Below are positions 45,017-54,096 of a stretch of DNA of 64,000 nucleotides, one piece after another. How positions within the stretch are numbered: the stretch's first letter is position 1; every line of letters begins with the position of its first letter. The notes beneath the pieces were generated by a model that saw only the letters and a program-made list of their open reading frames with translations, was not told the DNA's origin and ran no database searches. Source of the stretch: Candidatus Falkowbacteria bacterium (GTDB lineage Bacteria; Patescibacteriota; Patescibacteriia; XYB2-FULL-38-15); the NCBI GenBank assembly GCA_016214745.1, contig JACRNW010000012.1:4368-68367 (forward strand). Direction: 5' to 3'. A program made the position numbers and the translations under genes.

Positions 45017-45334
45017 AGAACATTGAAATCAGAGACGTTTGGCAGAAAGATCGGCCAAATTTCTCTCTTCTCTACTTTTCGTCAAAGGTTCTCAGCTGGC
45101 AGAACCTGACTCTAAAACAAAAACAAAAATTACATTTTCGGTGGGGTTCTCGCGAACTTCACCATAAGAATGGTAGAGGGGCCTTTCGCTTTGAAGTCAG
45201 CAAAAAGCGTTCCTTCCCCCAAGACCGGTATCTCTTTAATCCTCTCCGGAGGACAAAAGGGTGTGTCAAGGGGGCATAAGGGCGCAACGGCCATTTATTA
45301 ATTATATTATATAAGGGCGCAGTTGCGCCCTTTT
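45017..45334 (+). ncRNA. Candidate ncRNA of about 320 nt, identity unknown.
   Basis: The promoter is TTGACA(44981)-18nt-TGaTATAAT (an extended -10). No ORF of 40 aa or more is present. The terminator is gggcgcagttgcgccc+tttt at 45315..45334. Internal hairpins are present. The downstream dksA-like gene has its own promoter at about 45412. Confidence 0.4.
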
Positions 45335-45497
45335 AAAGTTGAGCGAAGTCCCCCGATAAATCGGGGACGAAGCGAAATCCCGAGCAGAGCGAGGGATCCC
45401 ATGAACACTTGAAAAAACTTGCCTATTCATATATACTTAATTTAAAGAGTTTATCATTAAATAAACGCGAAAATCGTTAAAGTTAAATGGCAATTAT

Positions 45498-45884
45498 ATG
45501 GCAGTCAAAAACAATCTTGATAAAGAATTTTTAAAGAAAATTGAAAATCAACTTTTGGCGGAAAGGGCGCGCTTGGAAAAGGAGTTGGCTCAATTCACCA
45601 AAAAGAATCCGCATAACGCGTCTGACTACGACGCTAATTTTCCGACGATCGGCGACGCGGAAGACGAAAATGCGGCCGAGGTTGCCGTCTATAGCGATAA
45701 TCTGACCTTGGAGCGAACGCTTGAGTCTGCTTTGCGCGATGTCAATGGCGCCCTGAAACGCATTGAAGACGGAACTTATGGGATTTGTCGTTATTGCGGC
45801 AAACCAATTGATCCAAAACGATTAGAGGCGCGTCCAGCTTCTTCCGCCTGCATGGAATGTAAATCAAAGTTTAGCGGAAAATAA
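45498..45884 (+). CDS. DksA/TraR-family C4 zinc-finger protein.
   Basis: An N-terminal coiled coil is followed by CRYCGKPI...CMECK. Confidence 0.65.
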   Translation: MAVKNNLDKEFLKKIENQLLAERARLEKELAQFTKKNPHNASDYDANFPTIGDAEDENAAEVAVYSDNLTLERTLESALRDVNGALKRIEDGTYGICRYCGKPIDPKRLEARPASSACMECKSKFSGK

Positions 45885-45895
45885 CACGGGAAGCG

Positions 45896-46363
45896 ATGAA
45901 TTTAACCTTTGCTAAAAAAATGATGCTTATCAACTTTCTGATAAGCATTTTGTTTTTGGCCGACCGATTGGCTAAGTGGTGCGCTCTCGGAATTTCCGAA
46001 GGAGGCGTTTTTTTATTTTCGGAAAAATTTGTCGGCCTGCGTTTCTATAAAAATTTTAATTTGATTTTTAATATCGCTTTACCAGAGATTCTGATGTACG
46101 GACTGATCAGCATAATTTTGGCGGTGCTCGCCTGGCTGCTTATAAAAAATTATCGGCAGAAAAATATTTTTTTAATTTTCTCCTTTAGTTTAATTATTGC
46201 CGGGGCGGTGAGTAATCTAATTGATCGGCTGTATTTTGGTTTTGTAATTGATTTTATAAGTTTTTTTGATTATTCAGTTTTTAATTTATCCGACGTTTAT
46301 ATTATTGGTGGCGTGGGATTAATTTTTATCAGAGAATTTTTTTTAAAAAATAAAAATTTATAG
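45896..46363 (+). CDS. lspA: Lipoprotein signal peptidase II.
   Basis: Four TM helices. The conserved FNLSDVYIIGGVGL (FN.AD motif) is present. Confidence 0.75.
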   Translation: MNLTFAKKMMLINFLISILFLADRLAKWCALGISEGGVFLFSEKFVGLRFYKNFNLIFNIALPEILMYGLISIILAVLAWLLIKNYRQKNIFLIFSFSLIIAGAVSNLIDRLYFGFVIDFISFFDYSVFNLSDVYIIGGVGLIFIREFFLKNKNL

Positions 46364-46366
46364 TTC

Positions 46367-47974
46367 TTGAACATGTCTTCAAAAATATTATCGGCGGCGA
46401 TTGTCGGATTGGACGCGGAGCTCGTTGAAGTAGAGGCTGATATTTCGCCGGGACTTAGTCATTTTACAATTGTTGGCCTGCCGGACATGGCCGTGCAAGA
46501 ATCGCGCGAGCGGGTTCGGGCAGCCATTAAAAATAGTAATCTCCCGTTTCCGAGAACTCGCGTTACGGTAAATTTGGCACCGGCTGATTTAAAAAAAGAG
46601 GGCCCGTCTTATGATTTGCCCATCGCGATTGCAATTCTTTTAGCTTCACATTTTTTGAAAATGCCGGAAAAGACAAGAGAGACAGGCGGAGAAAATCTTG
46701 AACTCTTGGCAAGCGCAAAACCCGACTCCATTCTTTGTTGTTTCGACGCTCTCTTTGTCGGCGAGTTGGCTCTGGACGGAGTAGTGAGGCCGGTAAATGG
46801 AATGTTGGCCATTGCCGCGGCCGCCCGCGCCCGCGGTATAAAAATATTGTGTGTTCCCGAGGCAAACGCTCGGGAAGCGAGTTTGATTGAAGGTCTGGAA
46901 ATTATTCCGATAAAAAATTTATTTCAGTTGGTTGAACATTTAGCCGGAAAAAATTTAATTCCATTATTTTCCCGCGAAAAACCGTTTGATTTTGGCGATA
47001 CTGGTTTGGTCGATGAAGAAAACTTTGATATGGCCTACGTCCGCGGACAGGAATATGCCAAGCGCGCCCTGGAAATCGTGGCTGCCGGAGGTCATAATCT
47101 TTTGATGTCCGGTCCGCCGGGTTCGGGGAAAACCTTACTTTCAAAAACACTGCCTTCAATTTTGCCTTCACTTACGATTGATGAAGCGCTTGAAGTAACG
47201 CGAATTTATTCGGTTGCCGGCCTTCTGCCGCCGGACCAGCCGCTTATGATTCGCCGGCCGTTTCGAAGTCCGCACCATACCGCCTCAAATGTTTCGCTTG
47301 TGGGCGGCGGCGCTTGGCCGCGGCCGGGCGAAGTGAGTTTGTCTCATCGCGGCGTTTTATTTTTGGACGAACTCCCCGAATTCAGCCGCGCCGTGCTTGA
47401 AAGTTTGCGCCAACCTCTGGAAGACGGCGTAGTTACAATTTCTCGCGCCGCGGGCAGTCTGCAGTTTCCGGCAAAATTCATTTTAGTGGCGGCGCGGAAT
47501 CCCTGCCCCTGCGGCTACAACACCGATCCGGAAAAATTTTGTACCTGTTCACCATCGGCAATTTTACGTTATCAGAAAAAAATTTCCGGACCGCTCCTGG
47601 ACAGAATTGATTTGCACATTGAAGTGCCGCGGGTAAAATTTGAAAAATTGGCTGAAGAAAAAGTAGCGGAAAGTTCAGCGGAAATAAAAAAACGGGCGGA
47701 GCGAGCGCGAAATTTGCAGCGAGCGAGATATAAGGGTTACAAAATTATGACCAACGCCGAGCTTCCCTCCAAATTAATTAAAGATTTTTGCCAGATTGAC
47801 GGAGCGAGTCAGGATTTCTTAAAAAATGCGGTGAATCAGATGCGTTTATCGGCTCGCGCTTATTATCGTTTGTTAAAAATTTCCCGGACAATTGCCGATT
47901 TATCGGGTGAAGAAAAAATTTTACTGCCGCACGTGGCCGAGGCGCTGCAATATCGAGCAAAGGCGGCGGAGTAA
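46367..47974 (+). CDS. comM: Mg-chelatase-like AAA+ protein YifB/ComM.
   Basis: A Lon-like N-terminal domain (AAIVGLDAELVEVEADIS), a Walker A motif (GPPGSGKT), and a C-terminal ChlI-like domain are present. Confidence 0.9.
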   Translation: MNMSSKILSAAIVGLDAELVEVEADISPGLSHFTIVGLPDMAVQESRERVRAAIKNSNLPFPRTRVTVNLAPADLKKEGPSYDLPIAIAILLASHFLKMPEKTRETGGENLELLASAKPDSILCCFDALFVGELALDGVVRPVNGMLAIAAAARARGIKILCVPEANAREASLIEGLEIIPIKNLFQLVEHLAGKNLIPLFSREKPFDFGDTGLVDEENFDMAYVRGQEYAKRALEIVAAGGHNLLMSGPPGSGKTLLSKTLPSILPSLTIDEALEVTRIYSVAGLLPPDQPLMIRRPFRSPHHTASNVSLVGGGAWPRPGEVSLSHRGVLFLDELPEFSRAVLESLRQPLEDGVVTISRAAGSLQFPAKFILVAARNPCPCGYNTDPEKFCTCSPSAILRYQKKISGPLLDRIDLHIEVPRVKFEKLAEEKVAESSAEIKKRAERARNLQRARYKGYKIMTNAELPSKLIKDFCQIDGASQDFLKNAVNQMRLSARAYYRLLKISRTIADLSGEEKILLPHVAEALQYRAKAAE

Positions 47975-48037
47975 AAGTTATAAGTTTTATAAAATAAAAA
48001 AACGAACTTTTGGCAAGCTCGTTTTTTTTGAGTCTTT

Positions 48038-49399
48038 TTATTTTATGTAATTTAACGGATTATACACTTTGCCATTAATTCTAACTTCAAAGTGCAAGTG
48101 AGGGCCAGTGGAACGGCCGGTTGAACCCTCTAATCCGATTTTTTGTCCTCTTTCAATAGTGTCTCCATCTTCAACCAGAATTGTAGTCATGTGTCCGTAA
48201 AGAGTTACTACTCCTCCGCCGTGATTAACCATGACGTTATGTCCGTAACCGGAGTTCAGATACTGAACGCGAATAACCACGCCGTCATCGGCGGCAAGAA
48301 TAGGTGTGCCGGCTGGGCAGGCGATATCAACGCCGGTGTGGCGCCAGCCAAAATATTGAGAAATGCGGCTGCAGCCATTGGGCCAGAGCATTTTTCCGCT
48401 CGTAGGAACGGGACCATACGAAGGAATATTCACGGTATTTCTGCCGGCGACAGATGGTCGCGGGGCCGGAGCTGGTGCCGGAACCTTTCCGTCCGGTACT
48501 ATTATATATTCGCCGACTTTGATATCACTTGCATCGGGTAATGCGTTAAATTCCAAAACTTTTTCCGCATCGGTGTTGTAGTATTTAGCAATTTTTTCTA
48601 CAGTGTCGCCGGTTTTTACTTGATGCAGTACGCCGCTCGTCGGCAAAATTACGAGTTTGTCGCCCGGACGGATTGTACTCGTGCTCGTGAGTTTGTTGGC
48701 CCAGAGGATCGTGGTTACGCCGATATTAAATTTTTCCGCGATAGTGCCAATCGTGTCGCCGCCTTCAACTTGATATTCAATGACTTTGGTTCGGCTGTTG
48801 GAATTTATACTTGAAGGAAGATTGGGGTTTAAAAGTGTGCTGTTGTCTCCGATTGAAGCGATTGGCAAATCGCCGGAAAAGTCGTCATTCCCCAGAGCTG
48901 CAGCTGGCAGCGGCATGCCGATATCAGATTCCAAATAACTTACAGTTTTGATGTTACTTTGGTCAGCCGTTTCTTGGATGAAATCATTTAATTCTGAGTC
49001 GCTGTTGTAGGATAAAGTGTAGAGGATACTTTTTTGACCGATCTGTTCAGAATTTTCGAGCGAGGCCGCTTTGGCATTTAAACTTGAAGCCACGGAGAGA
49101 AGAGTAATTAAGGCTATAACCGTGTGGGTGATATAGCGGCGGGTGAAGGGATAAATAATTTTAACTTTAATCGGCGCGTAAATTTTATCCCACCAGCGAA
49201 TTTTTATAAAAAGGGCGATTTTGTAGATTTTTACCGCAAATGAAAAAAGGACAGTTTTACCGAACCATTGTAATGGTTTTGCGACTGTCCAAGTCAGGAT
49301 AAAAACGATTAAATTTTTTAAATGAATCAGACCGCCCAAAAAGCCAACCAGAATCTTGATGCCCATCTTTTTCAGCAAGAATAAAGCATTTTGTGCCAT
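48038..49399 (-). CDS. LysM-domain M23 family peptidoglycan endopeptidase.
   Basis: Two LysM repeats (GDTIGTIAEKFNIGVTTILWANKL; GDTVEKIAKYYNTDAEKVLEFN). The M23 motifs are HTGVDIA and GSTGRSTGPHLHFEV. Confidence 0.85.
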   Translation of the reverse strand: MAQNALFLLKKMGIKILVGFLGGLIHLKNLIVFILTWTVAKPLQWFGKTVLFSFAVKIYKIALFIKIRWWDKIYAPIKVKIIYPFTRRYITHTVIALITLLSVASSLNAKAASLENSEQIGQKSILYTLSYNSDSELNDFIQETADQSNIKTVSYLESDIGMPLPAAALGNDDFSGDLPIASIGDNSTLLNPNLPSSINSNSRTKVIEYQVEGGDTIGTIAEKFNIGVTTILWANKLTSTSTIRPGDKLVILPTSGVLHQVKTGDTVEKIAKYYNTDAEKVLEFNALPDASDIKVGEYIIVPDGKVPAPAPAPRPSVAGRNTVNIPSYGPVPTSGKMLWPNGCSRISQYFGWRHTGVDIACPAGTPILAADDGVVIRVQYLNSGYGHNVMVNHGGGVVTLYGHMTTILVEDGDTIERGQKIGLEGSTGRSTGPHLHFEVRINGKVYNPLNYIK

Positions 49400-49404
49400 A
49401 CACC

Positions 49405-49545
49405 CCGTTAGAAATCTGTTAAGAATTAAATTACAGATTAAGCGAGAAAAGGTGCGTTTTTATTTAAGTCCCGTCAAAACGGACGCAGAGAAAAATCGTT
49501 AAATTTTTCTCTGCCAAGGATTTCTAACGGGGTAAATAATTCAAT
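49405..49545 (-). promoter_or_regulatory. Copy 3 of the structured leader element. Its 3' arm abuts the M23 peptidase start codon.
   Basis: The minus strand reads CCCCGTTAGAAATCCTTGGCAG-[cagagaaaaat..atttttctctg hairpin]-...GATTTCTAACGGGGTGT-ATG. Confidence 0.6.
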
Positions 49546-49593
49546 TGTAATCATACCAGAAAGGGGGTGGCGTGTCAATCTCGGCGACAAGCC

Positions 49594-49650
49594 GGGTTGA
49601 CAAAATGGTTAAAATGTGTTATTCTAAATTGTTAGTAAAATTGGTCTTTT
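49594..49650 (+). promoter_or_regulatory. Conserved promoter-leader module (ggTTGACAaaatggttaaaatgtgtTATTCTaaattgttagtaaa).
   Basis: Paralogous to 4333 and 37463. Confidence 0.55.
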
Positions 49651-49810
49651 AAACTTATTCTTAGCCTTATTTTGGCGGTTTTATGACCATCAAAACAAGG
49701 CTGGGAGTGGTTTCCCGGCTGTTCTTGCCTTCCGGCGAATCGGACAAGGTGTCTGGCAATGGTGCCGAGTGCTTTGTTTGACTACCGGCGGGTGAGGGAG
49801 GAAAGAGACG

Positions 49811-50479
49811 ATGGCAAGGGCGACGATTAGTCAGGTGCACGAACTGGGGGAGCAGATCAGGCGCGGGCAGATTCCGGCGTGGAAGGTGAGGATCGTTTTC
49901 GGGCTTTCCGAAAAGGAAACGGAAACGCCGTTCCACATGTTCCTCAGCCTGGTAAAGGCCGCCAAGGCCGAGATCGTCTCGGCCGAGCAGATGCAGATGA
50001 TCCTCGAGGGAAGGTGCGAATCCTTCGGGATTTTCAAGGTGACGGTGGATTACGGTCTCACTCTCTCCGAGATGATCGCCGCTGGCCGTTATGACGTCGT
50101 AGACAGCTACATCACTACCGAGTATTTCCCTGTGACCGGCAAGGGGAGGGTAGAGCGCGAGGTCGTCGCGGTTTACCTGAATCGTGAAGTAAAGGACGGT
50201 GATGTCATCGCCGAGCTCGCCCTTCGCGGTTTCCGGCCCGCCAAGATCGAGGATCTTCTTGCTTTGAGCGCACTGCATCCCGATTTTCGGGAAGGATTTC
50301 CGACGACGGTGCTTGGTCCTAAGGGAGATCTGAGCGGTGATCGCGGCTGTTTCTACACGTGTCACGGTCTGACTGAGGGCATGTGGGTCTTGGCTCACGG
50401 CTGGTTCAATCTCCGCCTGTGCGTTCCCTGCTGGGGGAAGTCCTGTCGGTTTCTGGCCGTCCGCAAGGACGCTGCGTAG
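49811..50479 (+). CDS. High-GC hypothetical protein (222 aa).
   Basis: SD gagggagga. About 60% GC. C-terminal Cys/Trp-rich. No motif was recognised. Confidence 0.45.
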   Translation: MARATISQVHELGEQIRRGQIPAWKVRIVFGLSEKETETPFHMFLSLVKAAKAEIVSAEQMQMILEGRCESFGIFKVTVDYGLTLSEMIAAGRYDVVDSYITTEYFPVTGKGRVEREVVAVYLNREVKDGDVIAELALRGFRPAKIEDLLALSALHPDFREGFPTTVLGPKGDLSGDRGCFYTCHGLTEGMWVLAHGWFNLRLCVPCWGKSCRFLAVRKDAA

Positions 50480-50698
50480 TTCGAACCTCATCCTGACACT
50501 TTCGGCGTAAGCCGAGAGAGTCGGGTGGAACGGACCTGCTGACTCCTACCTTTGGTGTAACAACCGGGGTAGGAGTCTTTTTTATTTCGCGAAAACGCAA
50601 AAGAAACAAAGACGCAAAAACCCCAACTGCAAGTTTTGAATTTTGGTCATTGGGATTTATTTGGAATTTGATGTTTTGGATTTTGGATTTTTGATATC

Positions 50699-50752
50699 GT
50701 CCCCCTCACCTCAATCCTCTCCCGCAAGGGGAGAGGAGGAAATTGTGGGGAT
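50699..50752. repeat. GC-rich hairpin repeat, copy R-g. It is preceded by a ttttggat tandem repeat at 50641..50695.
   Basis: The sequence is ccccctcacctcaatcctctcccgcaaggggagaggagg. Confidence 0.7.
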
Positions 50753-50835
50753 TTATTCTCTTTACAATTTTTATATTTTAATGTAAATTTAACAAATAAC
50801 TTTTAACAATTAACCGTTAACTATTAACTAATTGT

Positions 50836-52857
50836 ATGTTGTATTCTCTGCTTTTCTCTCTGGGCGCCGCGATTTTGGCCATCGTTTTTGGATTTTTCCT
50901 TATGCGATGGATTTTAAAACTTCCGGCCGGAGACGAAAAAATGCAATCAATTGCCAAGGCCATTCAAGAAGGGGCCAAGGCGTATTTAAATCGGCAGTAC
51001 AAAACCGTGGCGATTGTCGCGGTCATTTTATTTGTTTTGCTTTTATTCCTCGGAATTTACGCCTCGCTTGGATTTTTAGTTGGCGCGGCGGCCTCGGCTC
51101 TGGCCGGATACCTCGGCATGTACATTTCTGTGCGAGCCAATGTCCGGACAACCGAAGCGGCAAAGAGCGGTTTAAAAAATGCCCTGAATGTCGCTTTCCG
51201 CGGCGGAACGGTGACGGGTTTATTGGTTGTCGGCTTGGCGCTTTTGGCGGTGACTGGATTTTTTATGCTTTTAGTCTATGGATTTAAACAAGACGCAGTC
51301 GATGCGGTGAAAGCTTTAGTCGGCTTAGGTTTTGGCGGAAGTTTGATTTCAGTTTTTGCCCGGCTCGGCGGCGGCATTTATACCAAGGGTGCTGACGTCG
51401 GCGCTGATTTGGTGGGAAAAGTTGAAGCCGGTATTCCGGAAGATGACCCAAGAAATCCAGCCGTGATTGCCGACAATGTCGGTGATAATGTTGGCGACTG
51501 CGCGGGCATGGCCGCGGACTTGTTTGAAACTTACGCTATCTCGGCGATTGCCGCGATGTTACTCGGTACACTTCTCTTGCCAGATTTTTCCAACTCATTG
51601 ATTTATCCGTTGGTTCTTGGTGGAGTTTCCATTATTTGTTCAATCATCGGAACGTTTTTTGTCCGTCTCGGAAGAAAACAGGCGATTATGGGCGCGCTTT
51701 ACAAAGGATTGGTTGCGAGCGCGGTTTTGGCGGCGGCAGCTTTTTATCCGATTACTTCATGGCTCATGAAAGGAAACGGATCTTTTGAAGTTTGGAAACT
51801 TTATGTTGTGTCACTCGTCGGAATTCTTATAACTTTTGGCATGATGGCGATTACGGAATATTACACTTCAAAAAAATATCGGCCGGTGCGGGAAATTGCC
51901 AAGGCCTCAACCACCGGACATGGGACAAATATTATTACCGGTCTTGCGATGTCTATGGAGTCAACCGCCATGCCAGTACTTTTGATTGTCGCGGGAATTT
52001 TAGTTTCTTTTTGGCTCGCGGGAATTTATGGTGTGGCAATTGCAGTCATGACGATGTTATCAATGACCGGAATTATTGTGGCGATTGATGCTTTTGGTCC
52101 GATTACTGATAACGCCGGCGGCATTGCAGAAATGGCCGGATTGCCGAAAGAAGTTCGCGACGTGACCGATCCGCTAGACGCGGTTGGAAATACAACGAAA
52201 GCGGTGACCAAAGCATATGCCATTGCTTCGGCCGGACTCGCGGCGCTTGTGCTCTTTGCATCTTATGTCCACGAAATTACGGCGCTTGGATTTAAGGATA
52301 ATGTTTTTGACTTGTCTGATCCAAAAATTATTGCTGGATTATTTATCGGCGGATTGCTTCCGTATTTGTTTGGTTCAATGGCCATGAGAGCGGTCGGCAA
52401 GGCCGGCGGAAAAGTGGTTGACGAGGTTCGCCGCCAATGGAAAGAAATAAAAGGTTTGATGGAAGGCACAGCCAAAGCCGATTACGCGGCGTGCGTGGAT
52501 ATTGTCACAAAATCTGCTATTCGCCAGATGATTGTGCCGGCGCTTTTGCCGGTGGTCGCGCCGATTTTGGTTGGTCTGCTTTTGGGACCAAAAGCTTTGG
52601 GCGGATTATTGGTGGGTTCAATCGTGACGGGAATTTTTGTCGGAATTTCCATGACTTCGGGCGGCGCGGCTTGGGATAATTCCAAAAAATTTATTGAAGA
52701 AGGAAATTTCGGCGGCAAAGGATCTTTTGCCCATCAGGCGGCGGTGACCGGCGACACAGTTGGCGATCCCTACAAAGATACGGCCGGCCCGGCGATTAAT
52801 CCAATGATTAAGGTGTTGAACATTGTCGCGCTTTTGATTATTGGTTTTTTGATCTAG
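50836..52857 (+). CDS. hppA: Membrane-bound proton/sodium-translocating pyrophosphatase.
   Basis: The signature is [55 protein letters not shown]. About 15 TM helices are present. Confidence 0.95.
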   Translation: MLYSLLFSLGAAILAIVFGFFLMRWILKLPAGDEKMQSIAKAIQEGAKAYLNRQYKTVAIVAVILFVLLLFLGIYASLGFLVGAAASALAGYLGMYISVRANVRTTEAAKSGLKNALNVAFRGGTVTGLLVVGLALLAVTGFFMLLVYGFKQDAVDAVKALVGLGFGGSLISVFARLGGGIYTKGADVGADLVGKVEAGIPEDDPRNPAVIADNVGDNVGDCAGMAADLFETYAISAIAAMLLGTLLLPDFSNSLIYPLVLGGVSIICSIIGTFFVRLGRKQAIMGALYKGLVASAVLAAAAFYPITSWLMKGNGSFEVWKLYVVSLVGILITFGMMAITEYYTSKKYRPVREIAKASTTGHGTNIITGLAMSMESTAMPVLLIVAGILVSFWLAGIYGVAIAVMTMLSMTGIIVAIDAFGPITDNAGGIAEMAGLPKEVRDVTDPLDAVGNTTKAVTKAYAIASAGLAALVLFASYVHEITALGFKDNVFDLSDPKIIAGLFIGGLLPYLFGSMAMRAVGKAGGKVVDEVRRQWKEIKGLMEGTAKADYAACVDIVTKSAIRQMIVPALLPVVAPILVGLLLGPKALGGLLVGSIVTGIFVGISMTSGGAAWDNSKKFIEEGNFGGKGSFAHQAAVTGDTVGDPYKDTAGPAINPMIKVLNIVALLIIGFLI

Positions 52858-52865
52858 CTTAAAAT

Positions 52866-52902
52866 AAAAAATCCACTCGCCTAATCAGCGGGTGGATTTT
52901 TG
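52866..52902 (+). terminator. Intrinsic terminator after hppA.
   Basis: The hairpin atccactcgc-ctaatca-gcgggtggat is followed by ttttgttt. Confidence 0.65.
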
Positions 52903-53156
52903 TTTGACAAAATTTTAAGGTTTAGTTAAAATGATTTTTGTATGACAGTTAAGAGAATTTTTATTTTGATTAGCATTATTACTGGCCATAGGCGGTCTAG
53001 GCGTTTTTAATAGTTATAAATTAAAAATGAACTGGCCGCCAAACGCGGTCAGTTTTATTTTTAGGATATTGTCTCTCTAAAATAGTCGCGAAAATTTTGC
53101 CGCTGTTTTGGGGAGGGAAATGGATGGGCGCGGGAGGCGCCGGGAGGAGAAACGAG

Positions 53157-53756
53157 ATGGACGACAAAAGGCTGCGGGAAGTGAAGATCTGTCCGGTGCA
53201 CGGGGAGGCGATGGAGGAGAGGCCGGATGGTCTCTATTGTCAGCACTGTGATCGGCTGGGACGACACGGCCATGTGGTTGTTGCGGCTTGTCTCAATTGC
53301 GGCTCAGTCCTGCTCGACATCGGCCATTTCATGAGCTGCTACCCCTCGATCGTACTCGGCTGGCGCTGCACCGAGGAGCGACTCCGGGATGGCCGGGAAC
53401 ACGTGCTTCACGTTTCGGCCGTCTGGGGAGATCACGCGGTCCATCCGGATGCGGACATCGTACCGGGGAGTGTTCTCAACCTTTTCTGTCCTCGCTGCAA
53501 GGCGGAGTTCCCGAGGGTTTCCTATTGCAACGAGTGTCGCGCCAAGGTGGTGCGGATCGGGGCGCGGCACATGTACGACGGGAGGGACGGTTTCATCGAA
53601 GTTTGTGCCAGGTGGGGCTGCCCGCAACATCGCAAGGTGAGTCCGGACGAGTCTGCGGCTGTGGCCGGTCCCCAGGTCATGTGCGGCGGGGGACGCCACA
53701 TGGACATCGCTGCGATGAGAGCCGACGTGGTTCTGCGCAACGGCGCCGGAAGGTAG
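53157..53756 (+). CDS. High-GC Cys-rich (multiple CxxC) putative zinc-ribbon protein.
   Basis: SD gggaggag 6 nt before the ATG. Cys pairs: CPVHG..CQHCD, CLNCG, CPRCK..CNECR, CARWGC. About 64% GC. Confidence 0.45.
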   Translation: MDDKRLREVKICPVHGEAMEERPDGLYCQHCDRLGRHGHVVVAACLNCGSVLLDIGHFMSCYPSIVLGWRCTEERLRDGREHVLHVSAVWGDHAVHPDADIVPGSVLNLFCPRCKAEFPRVSYCNECRAKVVRIGARHMYDGRDGFIEVCARWGCPQHRKVSPDESAAVAGPQVMCGGGRHMDIAAMRADVVLRNGAGR

Positions 53757-53953
53757 GAACGCCGGGGCACAGGTGAGGAGTGGGGGGTCTTCGGGCGGAT
53801 CTGTGAAGTTGCATTGAGTGCAACAACGCAGGTTCGCCCTCTTTTTTATATGCGAAATTGTAAAAGGCGACGAAAATGTAAAATTAAAAAAAGAGGCCTT
53901 GCCTCCTTCCGCCCCCTTGACAAGATTTTTACATATGTTATGATAATCTGTTC

Positions 53954-54078
53954 GGAACAAAAACCGCCGGAAACCTGCAGACACGACAAGCACGGGGGTT
54001 AATTCTGCGCTCGCCTGGCTTTGGCTCGGCAAAGCGCGGAAATAACTCTCTTGTCTGCAGATTCCCGGTGGTTTTTTA
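53954..54078 (+). ncRNA. Candidate small RNA of about 125 nt.
   Basis: The promoter is TTGACA(53917)-17nt-ATGATAAT. A 24-nt closing stem (aaaaaccgccggaaacctgcagac / gtctgcagattcccggtggttttt) ends in a T-run. No ORF is present. The downstream gene is on the opposite strand. Confidence 0.4.
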
Positions 54079-54096
54079 TTTAAAAGATTTTTGGTT

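Noticed and set aside
44974-45334. Assigning the 320-nt ncRNA as RNase P RNA, tmRNA or SRP RNA
   Set aside because: I searched by eye for the P4 GGAAAGUCCGGGCUCC/ACAGAANCCGGCUUA motifs, a tRNA-like 3' end with GGUUCGA, a tag-peptide ORF ending in AA-stop, and the SRP GGAAGCAGCCAAGG motif. None is present, so the class is left open.
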